Source of the DNA: Candidatus Thorarchaeota archaeon
Lineage (GTDB): Archaea; Asgardarchaeota; Thorarchaeia; Thorarchaeales; Thorarchaeaceae
Assembly (NCBI GenBank): GCA_016839445.1
Contig: JAEOUG010000106.1
Location: 1-53,911, forward strand
DNA: 53,911 nucleotides
Direction: 5' to 3'
The translations under genes and the position numbers were made by a program. Shown here piece by piece: positions 9,893 to 20,200 of the stretch (position 1 is its first letter; the number at the start of each line of letters is the position of its first letter). Below the pieces are notes generated by a model. It was not told the DNA's origin and made no database searches. It saw nothing but the letters and a program-made list of their open reading frames with translations.

Positions 9893-11017
9893 ATGACAGA
9901 CCTGGTCGACCCCGAATTCATCGCAAACATGTGGCCAACCCTGGCCGAGATGACCTACCTGAACAATGCGTCTACAGGCATTCCACCAGTTACGACAGTT
10001 CAAGCGATGAAGCAGTTCCTCGACAACAGAGTGAGAGTCATTGGGGACTTCCAAGAGACCCTCGCGCTCTACAAGGAGATCAGAGAGAACCTGGCTGCTC
10101 TCCTTGGAGGGGACTACCATCAGTACGGATTTGTGCCAAGCACAAGCTCCGGAATCAACTCCTTTGCGCACAGCATCGACTATCCCGAAGGCTCGAACAT
10201 AGTCCTCTGCGATCTGGAGTTTCCAGCCAACTATGTCCCTTGGCAGAATGTACGTTCTCTGTACGGGCCGGAATTAAGAATCGTCAAGTCCAAGGACGGT
10301 GCGGCACCTGTCGAAGCTTTTGTAGAGCACATCGATGAGAATACGAGAGTCGTTGCAGTGAGTCAAGTCCAATTCGGAAGTGGATTTCGAATCGACCTTG
10401 ACTCATTGGTGAGAACTGCTCATGACCACGGCGCCATGGTATCTGTGGACGTGATACAAGCAGCAGGCTGCTTCGAGACAGACTTGGAACGCCTCGGAGT
10501 CGATTTCGCCACAGGTCAGGCGGCAAAGTGGATGCTTGGCCCCATTGGAGCGGGATATGTCTTTGTAGCCAAGTCCATTCTGGAGTCACTTCACCCAAGG
10601 TTTCTTGGTTGGTGGGGCGTTGAGGAGCTGTGGGAGTTTGGCTATTTCGAGAGAAAGCCACTAGCGGATGCTCGGAAGTTCCAGGTTGGCTCACCAACGG
10701 CAATAGCTTACGTTGGTCTCAATGAGTCCCTCAAGGTTCTAGCACAGGTGCCAGGCAAGAACAGACAGGCGAAAGCCCTCGAGAACGCCGACTACCTGAG
10801 GAAGCGTCTTGAGGAAGTTGGTATCCCATTCTATGACTTCGGGCCGAAGAGCAACTCGGCTACGGTTTCTGCCGCTCCAAGTGATGTGGAAGAACTGCAG
10901 AAGCAGCTATCCAAGGACAGGGTTCATGTGTCAGTGCGAAATGGGCGGCTCAGGATCTCACCCCACTTCTACAACAGCAAGTCGGACATTGACACTCTCT
11001 TGCAGTACCTCGGGTGA
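9893..11017 (+). CDS. PLP-dependent aminotransferase class V protein
   Basis: YLNNASTG, DVIQAAG, Schiff-base Lys in AKWMLGP, RISPHFYN. Confidence 0.88.
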   Translation: MTDLVDPEFIANMWPTLAEMTYLNNASTGIPPVTTVQAMKQFLDNRVRVIGDFQETLALYKEIRENLAALLGGDYHQYGFVPSTSSGINSFAHSIDYPEGSNIVLCDLEFPANYVPWQNVRSLYGPELRIVKSKDGAAPVEAFVEHIDENTRVVAVSQVQFGSGFRIDLDSLVRTAHDHGAMVSVDVIQAAGCFETDLERLGVDFATGQAAKWMLGPIGAGYVFVAKSILESLHPRFLGWWGVEELWEFGYFERKPLADARKFQVGSPTAIAYVGLNESLKVLAQVPGKNRQAKALENADYLRKRLEEVGIPFYDFGPKSNSATVSAAPSDVEELQKQLSKDRVHVSVRNGRLRISPHFYNSKSDIDTLLQYLG

Positions 11018-11700
11018 AGACCATGGATATGATTACAGACTCGATATACTTCAAGGTGAGTCGTTCCTTTGACTCCAATATAGCGTTCATCTCTGCAGGA
11101 GACCACCAAGTGCTAGTTGATGCTGGAACAGGATTCTACTTCTCTTCACTCGAGGAGTCTCTTCAGTCGGTGGGTGCATCTGTCGAATCGATAACGGACA
11201 TTGTGCTGACACACTGCCACATCGACCACATCGGGGGCGTAGTACCAATACTGGAAACCGCGAACCCGACAATCCACCTACACAGAGCAGAGGCAGAGCC
11301 AATCAACAACGGCGATATGAGCAAGACTCTTGCCAGCACCTTTGGTGGGGACCTTCCTCCCTTCAAGATCCGTGGCATCCTGGATGAAGGGTCCATACTT
11401 GAGTTCGGTGACATAAGGTTGAAGGTGTTTCACACTCCGGGACACTCCTCCGGCAGCATAACCATGGAAGTAATCGGAGAGCGAATCCTCTTCACTGGGG
11501 ACACTCTATTCCCAGGTGGCAGCTTTGGCAGGGTCGACTTCGCTGATGGAGATGCAGCCAAACTTGTAGAATCACTGAAGCGAATCTCGGAGATGGACTT
11601 CGACATTGGATTGCCAGGACACATGAATGCCATGAAGCATAACGCGAAGCAGTCGGCGGCAACTTCCTATAGAATAGCCAAGTCGATGTTCAGGGTGTAG
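11014..11700 (+). CDS. MBL-fold metallo-hydrolase (glyoxalase II-like)
   Basis: THCHIDHIGG, HTPGHS, FTGDTLF, PGH; overlaps the upstream stop by 4 nt. Confidence 0.9.
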   Translation: MKTMDMITDSIYFKVSRSFDSNIAFISAGDHQVLVDAGTGFYFSSLEESLQSVGASVESITDIVLTHCHIDHIGGVVPILETANPTIHLHRAEAEPINNGDMSKTLASTFGGDLPPFKIRGILDEGSILEFGDIRLKVFHTPGHSSGSITMEVIGERILFTGDTLFPGGSFGRVDFADGDAAKLVESLKRISEMDFDIGLPGHMNAMKHNAKQSAATSYRIAKSMFRV

Positions 11701-12676
11701 TAACGGCCTTCACGAGTTCGTCAATCTTCATCGTTGGCGTAGCCTTCTTCTCTGTTTCAGCCAAGTACTGTGATTCAATGGCCTTCACTAGTGCGTAGAC
11801 CGATTCATTGGATGGAGTTTCTATCCCGAGTTCTTTTCCAAGACGGATGATCTCTCCGGTAATCGCATCGATCTCTGTTCTCTTGTGAGCTCGCAGGTCT
11901 TGTAGCATCGAATTGATGTTGTCACCCGTGGCTTTCGCGGTACCGAGGGCGTAGCGCACGGGGTCTTCAGTGGTCAGCTCGATTCCGAGCGCCTCCACAA
12001 TCTTGGTGGCTTCCTCAACAAGACGAATAATGAGCCCTCTGAGTTCCTGATTCTTGTACACCTCTCCGTTGGATAGGCCCGTCAATGCGCCAACAGGATT
12101 GATTCCGCAGTTGACCAGGGTCTTGGTCCACACGACGCCTTGTATATTGTCGCTTGACCGGACATCAAAGCCGGCGGCCTTGAACATGTCTGTAATCTTC
12201 TCGACAAATGCGAAGTTGTCTTCGTAATGGGACCCAATCTCAGTCAGTCCACAACCAGTAGCCTCCACCGTCCCCGGCTCATTCTGAAGTGCACCCATAC
12301 AGGTAGTGGCTCTCAGGACCCTTGTCGTGCCCAGCGCTTCTGCAACTTGCTCTTCAGTGCCCAGGCCGTTCTGTATGAGAAGAACGTAGGCGCCAGCGTC
12401 AACTAGGTGTTTTGCACTAAGTGCGGCCTGCACTGTATCATAGGTCTTTGTTGTGATTATGACAAGATCCGCTTCTGTCACATCTGCTGCTTTCTCAGTG
12501 GCACACATGTCCAGATGATACTCACCCATCACTCCAAGGAGAGTGAGGCCCCTCTCTTCGACAGCAGTGATATGAGGGCTCCTGCCGACAAGTGTCACTT
12601 CAGTATCCTCTAGTCGACTCAGGATTCCTCCATAGAGGCTGCCTATTGCTCCGGATCCCACAATCACTATCTTCAT
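11690..12676 (-). CDS. panE: 2-dehydropantoate 2-reductase
   Basis: GSGAIG Rossmann motif, QNGLG, WTKTLVN, SMLQD, RTEID; in the CoA cluster. Confidence 0.93.
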   Translation of the reverse strand: MKIVIVGSGAIGSLYGGILSRLEDTEVTLVGRSPHITAVEERGLTLLGVMGEYHLDMCATEKAADVTEADLVIITTKTYDTVQAALSAKHLVDAGAYVLLIQNGLGTEEQVAEALGTTRVLRATTCMGALQNEPGTVEATGCGLTEIGSHYEDNFAFVEKITDMFKAAGFDVRSSDNIQGVVWTKTLVNCGINPVGALTGLSNGEVYKNQELRGLIIRLVEEATKIVEALGIELTTEDPVRYALGTAKATGDNINSMLQDLRAHKRTEIDAITGEIIRLGKELGIETPSNESVYALVKAIESQYLAETEKKATPTMKIDELVKAVTTP

Positions 12677-13464
12677 GATGATTCACCTATTTGCATTGCC
12701 AGGCGCACCTGCTCCTCCAGATGGGCAATCATGTGAGTTAGCGCACTACGGCGGTTAGCTCGGTTATCGAAGTCCCTGCGAATCCTCTCAAGGTCCTTGA
12801 CTGGTAGGCTCTGCATCTCTCTCGCCAACTGGACCATTCTTGGCATTGCACGAACCACGTTATCCACCACTGTCACATCTGCGTGGACTGCTGTGCGGCT
12901 CATGGGATTCAGGTCGATTGTGATGACGAACTTGCCCACCTTCTTCAAAGCCTCAGTACGGTCTCCGTCTTCGAGAGGTACTAGCACAACATCGGCCGCT
13001 CCGATCCCATCAGGATCGACCTTCCTTCTGTTACTGCTCAGTTCAGGAATAGTATCTGAAGGTCTATCGTGAGTGCCAAGCACTTCATCCGCCCCGGCAT
13101 CACGAAGAGCCTTGAGAATGGCATCTTCTCTCTCCTTCCTGTAGTAAAACAAGTTGATCTCAAGTGGTGCCCCTGTAATCTGGGACAGCTCGACAAGTTC
13201 GTGAGGGACAAGCGAGCAGATGTTGCCGTTCACGCTAATCACGGGATGCTTGGCTGAGAGCATTGCGGCGACCGCAGCTCTCATAGCTTCTTCAGCGAAG
13301 CTTGGAGTTGACTCCCCAATCAGGTAGTCAAACGCTTCTCCGCGACCGTGAGCGAGCAGACCAGCAGTGGCAACAATGTCCTTCTCATGACCATCAATGA
13401 TGGCCTCTCTGGTCTCAAGGGACACCCTTCGGGGATGGTCAGGAGGTATCTCGATCTTGGTCAT
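12673..13464 (-). CDS. Archaeal 4-phosphopantoate--beta-alanine ligase (phosphopantothenate synthetase, PPS)
   Basis: HPRR, AHGRGEAFDYLIGE, VISVNGN, VPLEDGDR, IDLNP motifs. Confidence 0.95.
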   Translation of the reverse strand: MTKIEIPPDHPRRVSLETREAIIDGHEKDIVATAGLLAHGRGEAFDYLIGESTPSFAEEAMRAAVAAMLSAKHPVISVNGNICSLVPHELVELSQITGAPLEINLFYYRKEREDAILKALRDAGADEVLGTHDRPSDTIPELSSNRRKVDPDGIGAADVVLVPLEDGDRTEALKKVGKFVITIDLNPMSRTAVHADVTVVDNVVRAMPRMVQLAREMQSLPVKDLERIRRDFDNRANRRSALTHMIAHLEEQVRLAMQIGESS

Positions 13465-14396
13465 GTCACCAACCTCCCACCCTCATGTGCAATCTCTGTT
13501 GCGCTGATCTCTGATGGGTTCCAGTGGTTGGAAAGGATGCTCTGTGCGGTGGCAACATCGCTCTCACTGCAAAAGCAGAACACCGAATCACCAAGCATAA
13601 CCATGCTCGAGTCACTGAGCCCCTCATGGTCAAGCTCGCCGAGAGCTGTCGACACCCGCTCGGTTTCAAGGCCAGCCATGTTGGAGAACTCACGTGCGCA
13701 GCGAATGAAGCTCTCAAAGGTTGGATTGGCCACCAACTGAGAGAGCAGGCTATCTCCAGCCCTGTTGATGCGCTCTCTCCTCTCTGGATGAGTCAGCACT
13801 TCGCTCGTCTCCAATCCAGATGAGCCAGCAAGGACAACTCGGAGGGATTCATCGTACGAGTAGGATGTTGTGTTGCCTATGCCAGGAGCTCCTGGCTTGA
13901 TCCTTATCTCAGGACCACCTACTGTCTGGGCCATGACATCCCCAAGACCAGTGTGGTTCACGACTTCGGCATAGTGAGCGAAAGAGGCTGCGCCAAAGAG
14001 ATCCAGGGATGGATCGAGCAGATGGCCTAGAGCGATAGCGGTGCCAAGGGCCCCTGCCCCTGACGCACCGAAGCCTGCACCGATAGGAAGCTGTGACTCA
14101 TGGTCAACTATCACCTTGAGGCTTCTTCCATATTCCTCGGTCAATCTCTGTATCACCGCTTCGGTAACTCGTGCTTCAATGCGCGTGCCGTTGTACTTGG
14201 TCGATATCTCCAATGGTGAGTGGTCGGTAGCCTCAACGGTTGTGAGGGTGCCTATAGCCACCGAGAACCCTGCACCCGTAGACCCGCAATGTAGTGGGTT
14301 CTCATGTCCATCGAAAATGCGGAACAACCCAGTGATATGACCCGGCACGAAGGCTCGTGCCACATCATGAGATTGCGAGCTCAAGGTGTATTCCAA
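13461..14396 (-). CDS. Archaeal pantoate kinase (GHMP family, PoK)
   Basis: AFVPGHITG, PIGAGFGASGA, AEV...TGLGDV, GAPG; overlaps PPS. Confidence 0.93.
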   Translation of the reverse strand: MEYTLSSQSHDVARAFVPGHITGLFRIFDGHENPLHCGSTGAGFSVAIGTLTTVEATDHSPLEISTKYNGTRIEARVTEAVIQRLTEEYGRSLKVIVDHESQLPIGAGFGASGAGALGTAIALGHLLDPSLDLFGAASFAHYAEVVNHTGLGDVMAQTVGGPEIRIKPGAPGIGNTTSYSYDESLRVVLAGSSGLETSEVLTHPERRERINRAGDSLLSQLVANPTFESFIRCAREFSNMAGLETERVSTALGELDHEGLSDSSMVMLGDSVFCFCSESDVATAQSILSNHWNPSEISATEIAHEGGRLVT

Positions 14397-14478
14397 GATG
14401 TCATCGCAAAATCTGGTCTAATAAGACCATCTATAGAGAAACTAATGTGCGTATATACATGTATAGATTTTGCGCCAA

Positions 14479-15393
14479 TCACTTCAGTGGCACAAGACTT
14501 GTGTATTGCTTCACTCGGGGATCAACGGAGCGTGGAGCAGGGTAAGCCCAGCGAGCATCGATGTCCCGGCCCGTCAGGTCGTAGACCTTGAAGCTGCCTG
14601 ATGACCACGTGAGAGGGCTGAATCCAAGCAGTAACGTCTGTGTTCTCCAACTCGTCACCACGAGATGTCGGTTCATGCCTGCTGTTGGCACGACAAGAAA
14701 AACGTTGGAGAGTTCCATCAGAAGTGACGTGCTGATACGATAGAAGAACTGGTAGGTCTTCCTGTGTTCTTCTGTCCCCTGCTCGCGGAGGTCGTTCAAA
14801 TACCGAACAATCGTATCATCATGAACTGCAGGATCCATGACATCAGAAAGCTCTTCCACGTCAACAACGACAGCTGTCTCGAAGTAGTAGGCGAGCGGGA
14901 ACTCGGTGATGTGAAAGACAATGAACTTGTCCCTTGTGATTGTCTGGTACAGATGCTGAAAGATGGCCTGCTTCGAGTACAGCATATTGACATCAAGGGC
15001 TGCCGGGCTGAAGTTGTCGGCTTCGTCTGAAACAACCAGCCTGAACATATCATCAAGCATGTCACCGTCATAGCCAATCCGGACCATGTGATAGGGCTTC
15101 TCGCTCCCCTTCTCCATCCGTCCAGTCGAGCTAAGGTACGCGTCGAAGTCCTTCTGGAAATGGTCAACCTCATTGTCATTATCCGTGACAAACAGTGACT
15201 GAGTTGGAGTCCCGAGAGCACGGACCACATCATCAAAAGCCTGAAACCTTGCCTTCTTCTCGGGAGCGAAGTCCTTCAGGATTTCCTCCAAGTTGCGAGA
15301 AGAGTCTGCCAAGTATTTCACACCAACCGATAATTGTTCGATGTTCTCCCAGTTTTCCACACGGCCCATCTCTGAGCGGTGTGTTGCATCCAT
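14479..15393 (-). CDS. Hypothetical protein within the CoA biosynthesis cluster
   Basis: 304-aa ORF with protein-like composition filling the gap; no recognised motif. Confidence 0.7.
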   Translation of the reverse strand: MDATHRSEMGRVENWENIEQLSVGVKYLADSSRNLEEILKDFAPEKKARFQAFDDVVRALGTPTQSLFVTDNDNEVDHFQKDFDAYLSSTGRMEKGSEKPYHMVRIGYDGDMLDDMFRLVVSDEADNFSPAALDVNMLYSKQAIFQHLYQTITRDKFIVFHITEFPLAYYFETAVVVDVEELSDVMDPAVHDDTIVRYLNDLREQGTEEHRKTYQFFYRISTSLLMELSNVFLVVPTAGMNRHLVVTSWRTQTLLLGFSPLTWSSGSFKVYDLTGRDIDARWAYPAPRSVDPRVKQYTSLVPLK

Positions 15394-15546
15394 GCTTAGG
15401 GCGCTGATGGTGACGGTGCATCCTCTAGGGGTACCGTCATCGGTACTCCCGCATTCCTTCCGTCAAATATATTCTTTGCCCAGAGAAACAGCTGAGGCCA
15501 AACCAGCCCCCCACAAGTCTTATCCGAGTTCCTGTCGAGGAAGCCG

Positions 15547-16809
15547 ATGTCAGGACACAGCGAGGAATCCATCTTGGTAGAACATACTTCCAAGTTAATC
15601 AAGGGAAGCCTGAGTAAGACGCTTGAAGGCAAGAAGATCACACTCTGCGTCACCGGCAGCGTGGCCGCAGTCGAGTGCGTTGCACTCTCTCGGAAACTTA
15701 TGCGTCATGGAGCAGAGGTCTTCGCGGTCATGAGCCACTGGGGCCAGAAGATCATACACCCCAATCTTCTCGAGTGGGCGACAGGAAACCCGGTAGTCAC
15801 AGAACTCACAGGACAGATTGAGCACATCACCCTGGCGGGGAAGCACGAGGGACATGTTGATCTAGTACTGGTTGCCCCCTCCACTGCAAACACAATAGGC
15901 AAGATTGCCTGCGGTATCGATGACACCCCCGTGACAACGACGGTCTCTTCAGCCATCGGGGCAGGAATTCCAGTTGTCGTCGTTCCCGCCATGCATGAGT
16001 CCATGTATGATCATCCGGCGGTTATTGAGAACATCGAGAAGCTCAAGCGAATCGGTGTCACTGTTGTTTCCCCAAGAATGGAAGAGGCCAAGGCCAAGAT
16101 ACCTGACGTAGATACCATTGTTGATGTTGTCATCTCTAGGCTTGGTCCTCGAGAGCTTGAGGGCAAGAAGTTCGTTGTGACAGCTGGGCCAACGAGAGGT
16201 TGGGTTGACAGAGTCCGCTTCATCACTAATCCCTCCACGGGGAAGATGGGCATCGCTATCTCGGAGGAACTACTTGCTCGCGGAGCAGATGTGACTCTTG
16301 TTGTCGGCCCCACTTCCCAGAAGCTACCACAGAGTGCCAAGACCGTCAGAGTAGACACGTCAGAGGAGATGCTCAAAGCCGTTCTAGAAGAGATAGAGGA
16401 CTGTCAGTGCCTCATCTCAGCGGCTGCCATCCTCGACTACGTACCAGGGAAGATGGAAGACACGAAGATGGCCTCTGGACAGCCCTCTCTCACCGTAGAG
16501 CTGAAACCAACGAAGAAGGTCATAGAGGAGGCACGTAAGAAGAAGAAGGACCTATTCATCGTCGGGTTCAAGGTTGAGTCAGGTGTCTCAGCGGCCGAGC
16601 TGGAAAAGCGGGCACGCAAGAAGATAGAGTCCGGCATCTGCAACCTTGTTGTCGCGAATGATGAACAGAAGAAAGGCGTGGCCTTCCAGACAGACACGAA
16701 TGAAGTCCTTGTGGTGGGCCCCCAGGGCTTCAAACTACACCTGCCACTGGCAACTAAGAGAGAGATATCACGCCAGATAGTGGACCTCCTAGTGAAGGAG
16801 ATGAAGTAG
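15547..16809 (+). CDS. coaBC: Bifunctional phosphopantothenoylcysteine decarboxylase/synthase
   Basis: VTGSVAA, APSTANTIGK, PAMH, VTAGPT, NPSTGKMG, VGFKVE, VAND. Confidence 0.96.
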   Translation: MSGHSEESILVEHTSKLIKGSLSKTLEGKKITLCVTGSVAAVECVALSRKLMRHGAEVFAVMSHWGQKIIHPNLLEWATGNPVVTELTGQIEHITLAGKHEGHVDLVLVAPSTANTIGKIACGIDDTPVTTTVSSAIGAGIPVVVVPAMHESMYDHPAVIENIEKLKRIGVTVVSPRMEEAKAKIPDVDTIVDVVISRLGPRELEGKKFVVTAGPTRGWVDRVRFITNPSTGKMGIAISEELLARGADVTLVVGPTSQKLPQSAKTVRVDTSEEMLKAVLEEIEDCQCLISAAAILDYVPGKMEDTKMASGQPSLTVELKPTKKVIEEARKKKKDLFIVGFKVESGVSAAELEKRARKKIESGICNLVVANDEQKKGVAFQTDTNEVLVVGPQGFKLHLPLATKREISRQIVDLLVKEMK

Positions 16810-16815
16810 CAGCTC

Positions 16816-17178
16816 TCAGAGTATCTCGAGAAGCGCGTCAGCCATTCGTTTCATGTCAACAAAGATGAGCCCAAGCTGGGCGTCTGGCTTCGCGATGACT
16901 AAGAAGAGAGCACTGTCCCCAACAGATGTCATTAGGGTGTATCCGCTTTCTCCCTTGACATAAAGCTCCAGGAAGTTCCCGCGCTCCAGTTCCTCCGTAG
17001 CCTTCTCAGCGAGGGTCAACATGGCAGCACTCACGGCAGCCACGGTTTCCTGTTCGCTCTCGGGAAGTGCCGAGGATATCATGAGCCCGTCAAGCGATAC
17101 AAGTGCTGCTCCTTCAACACCAGGAACCGTTTCGAAGTCTCGTATGATCTTGTTGATTCCATCGACTCGACTTGACAT
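16816..17178 (-). CDS. Roadblock/LC7 (MglB-like) protein
   Basis: GVEGAALVSLDGLMISS, VAAVSAAML, ELERG, QLGLIF pattern; 120 aa. Confidence 0.92.
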   Translation of the reverse strand: MSSRVDGINKIIRDFETVPGVEGAALVSLDGLMISSALPESEQETVAAVSAAMLTLAEKATEELERGNFLELYVKGESGYTLMTSVGDSALFLVIAKPDAQLGLIFVDMKRMADALLEIL

Positions 17179-17268
17179 TGTTCGACCCTCGACCTAACAA
17201 AGGGTAGTCTGTGGCGTGCGTATAAAATCTTATTGCAGGCGGGAATTCAGGCATAAGGAGGCGCTTCC

Positions 17269-20200
17269 TCAGACCCCAAAGAACTCCTTGGCGTCGACCT
17301 TTGAGTCCTCCTTCCGTTGTTGCTCCCGTTCTTCTTTGGACCGTCTGTCATCTTTCCATGGTACTTTGTCCCCTCTTCTCCTCCGTAGGTACAAATACCC
17401 TACAATCCCGACACCCAGCACTCCTCCGACAGCTGCAATGATTAGCCACGGAACGGCTCGAACTGTAAGGAAATCCTCCAGCACTAGGGACAATGTATCG
17501 AATCCTGCCAAGCTTGCCTGAATTCGAATGTCGAACTCCCCGATGTTGGACTGAGTCCAGTTTCCGCCCAAGATGACGCTATAGATTCCCTCGCCCACCT
17601 CTGTAACCGAAACTGAAGATGCGTTTAGCCAGAAGTCAACTGAAGCCGACTGGATTGGATTGCCTACAATATCGGTCAGCTCTATCGTGATTCTTACAGT
17701 GTCTCCTGCCCAGATGATGACCTGGTTCAATGCGATGTCGCGCAGATAGATGGAAGGCACATCCATCCATGACACTATATTCTCCACCAGCTCATCCCGA
17801 AGAGAACCAGTAGGCGTCAATGTGGACAGCGCCACCTTGCCAAGCCCTGCCAACCCTGCAACGAGGACAGGGTCTGAACCATCTGTGGCAAGTATGGTGA
17901 GGTTACTCCAAACGGAAACGAAATGTCCGTTGTAGTCAATCGCAGAAGATATCGAGTTTGGAGAAGACAGCAATGGATGGGAGGCCTCTGTGATAGAGAC
18001 TGAAGATCCAGAGCCCGATGCACTGTGGACCATCGGCCATGGTAGCCAGGGGAGACTGTCATCGATTCCCAATATGGCCAGGACTCCGCCGCTCTTGACG
18101 TAATCCTCAATCTCTTCAGAAGAGGAGGCGAGCTCGGATGCAAATGAGGAAACCGTACCGGGTTCCACAATGGTAACGCTCCTCAGGGAGAGCAGAGTCA
18201 AGAACTCAGACATATTCGATGGTTCATAGTAGTCGTACGATATTCCGAGCACCGAGAGAGCTGCGGGGAGATATGCCGTTTGACCCAATGCGGCAACCGG
18301 ACTGGTCCCTCTTCCAGGAGTGTGGCCATCAAACGCTACGGAGGCGGGATTCACCGCCGCAACATGAGGATTTGCCGAGGGCACGTACAACCGGACTGAG
18401 GGATCTCCGAATAGGATTTGCTGATTAGCATAGTCAGCGGGCTCCCTGGTAGTCAGCGGATCGGAGTAGTCCCAGCTAACCAATTTGAGACCGTTTGAAA
18501 GCGAGGCACCTATGGTTTCGCCCTCACAGAGAGACTGAGCCACCAGCACAGAGAGCATACCAGCGGGTCTGAAATACACCGTCCTAGGAGACCCAGTAAC
18601 GGCAACAGCCCCGTGTTCCATCAGGGCCTCTGGCAACCTTGTCCCACCCAGTAGGCAGGCTGTGAGAATGACAATCGGGGAGCCGATGTTCCCTAATGCT
18701 GCATCAAGATCATCTGTGGATCTCGTGACATGGTTCTGATTCTCTGCAGCATACGCAACCGGGTTAACCAGATGATCACCGTCGGCCAAACTCTCCCGGA
18801 CCACTTCGCTTTCCTCGAATCCCCATGGGCTGTCAGTAGACCTCAGAGAGAAGTGACCTTGGCCTCCGGGTCTACTTGGAGGGTCTCTCGGTAGCAGAGT
18901 CAATGTTCCGTGAGTGCTCAGAGACCAGAACGCTACCTGAGAGTCCAAGTAGCTGAACAGGACATCGGCTCCTACGTGGAGCTCTGTTTCAAGACCGACA
19001 TCTTCCAGGGCATCGGTGGTATTCTCTATTTGAGTGAGGAGAGGGTAGTTGTAGAAGTTGTCAAGGAAGTATTCTCCGTCAGTGTACGCGTACATGCTTA
19101 CGAGGGATGTGTTCGCGGAGTCAGCCGTAAGGAAGAGGTATCTGTGTAGTAAGCCCCGATTGATGAATACTGAGGCCATCTCTGCAGTAGCAGCAGGAAT
19201 CCTCCCAGGATTGAAGTGTGATTGGAGAGACCTATCGAAGCTTGAAGGCACTAGGGTCTCCGGAGCCACGACCACAACCGGTTGCGGAGTGGAGGCGTTG
19301 TAGGCCCCTCGGACACCCAAGAAGGCCTCGAACGTGTCTACTGACTCCATCATGGAGAACTGGTTAGGAATCCTCTCGTCATACCATCCATTCTCAGCGC
19401 GATTCTCGTACCTGTTAACGACGTATATGTTGTCAATCTCAGGACCGACAAGATACGGAGCCCATGTCTCCTGTGCTCGAGTGGTGAGCTCATTGTCACC
19501 ACCACAGACTGAGAAGAGAGGTGCTCCGTGAACAGCGGCGCTATAGGTGGACGGAGCAAAGAGCTCATTGCCGCTGCCAAGAGGAGCTGTGACTACGATG
19601 TCTGGGCTCTTCGAGATTGAAGTGATGTTACCGACTACGCTGGGGTAGTTGTCAATGTGAATAAGACTGCCTAGGGCCCCCAGTTCACTGAGGAGTGATG
19701 GTGATGCGAAGCCAAGAGGATCGACGAGGAATATCTGGGTAGCACCAAGGCGCGACAGAGCCCACTGTGTTTCCGCGGGAACTTGGTCGCCATCAACGTA
19801 GAGGAGCGGAGCATTCCTGAGGGACGCAAGAACGCCTGCGTTTGCAGCGGCCTCCAGATTCTCTGATAGATCTGTGGGAAGGAACGAAATCTCCCATTGC
19901 AGCTGAAGTCCATTCTGCTCGGTTGTGGCGTCCATCCAGCCTGCGATGATGGTCCACTCTCCCGGCATAGGGTAGGGTAGGTTGATGCGTTCCACCCCAG
20001 GACTTGACAGAATACTCCCGGCAGGTGCCCACATTGCCATTCGCCCGGTCGGGTCAATCAGGGCCAAGTTGAGGTCGGTTGCCACGTTGTTCCAGTTGAG
20101 CGTGACTTCGAAGCTTGCAGCTCCTGCAGGCACAGTCACTGGTTGCCGGAATCCCGGGTGATAGGTCACTTTGCAGTCAAGAGGCACTGTGTCGAAGCCG

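Noticed and set aside
9893-11017. Cysteine desulfurase or selenocysteine lyase feeding SelD
   Set aside because: The C-terminal region (VSVRNGRLRISPH) lacks the catalytic Cys loop of NifS/SufS, and the gene is 12 kb from selD; left as generic class V
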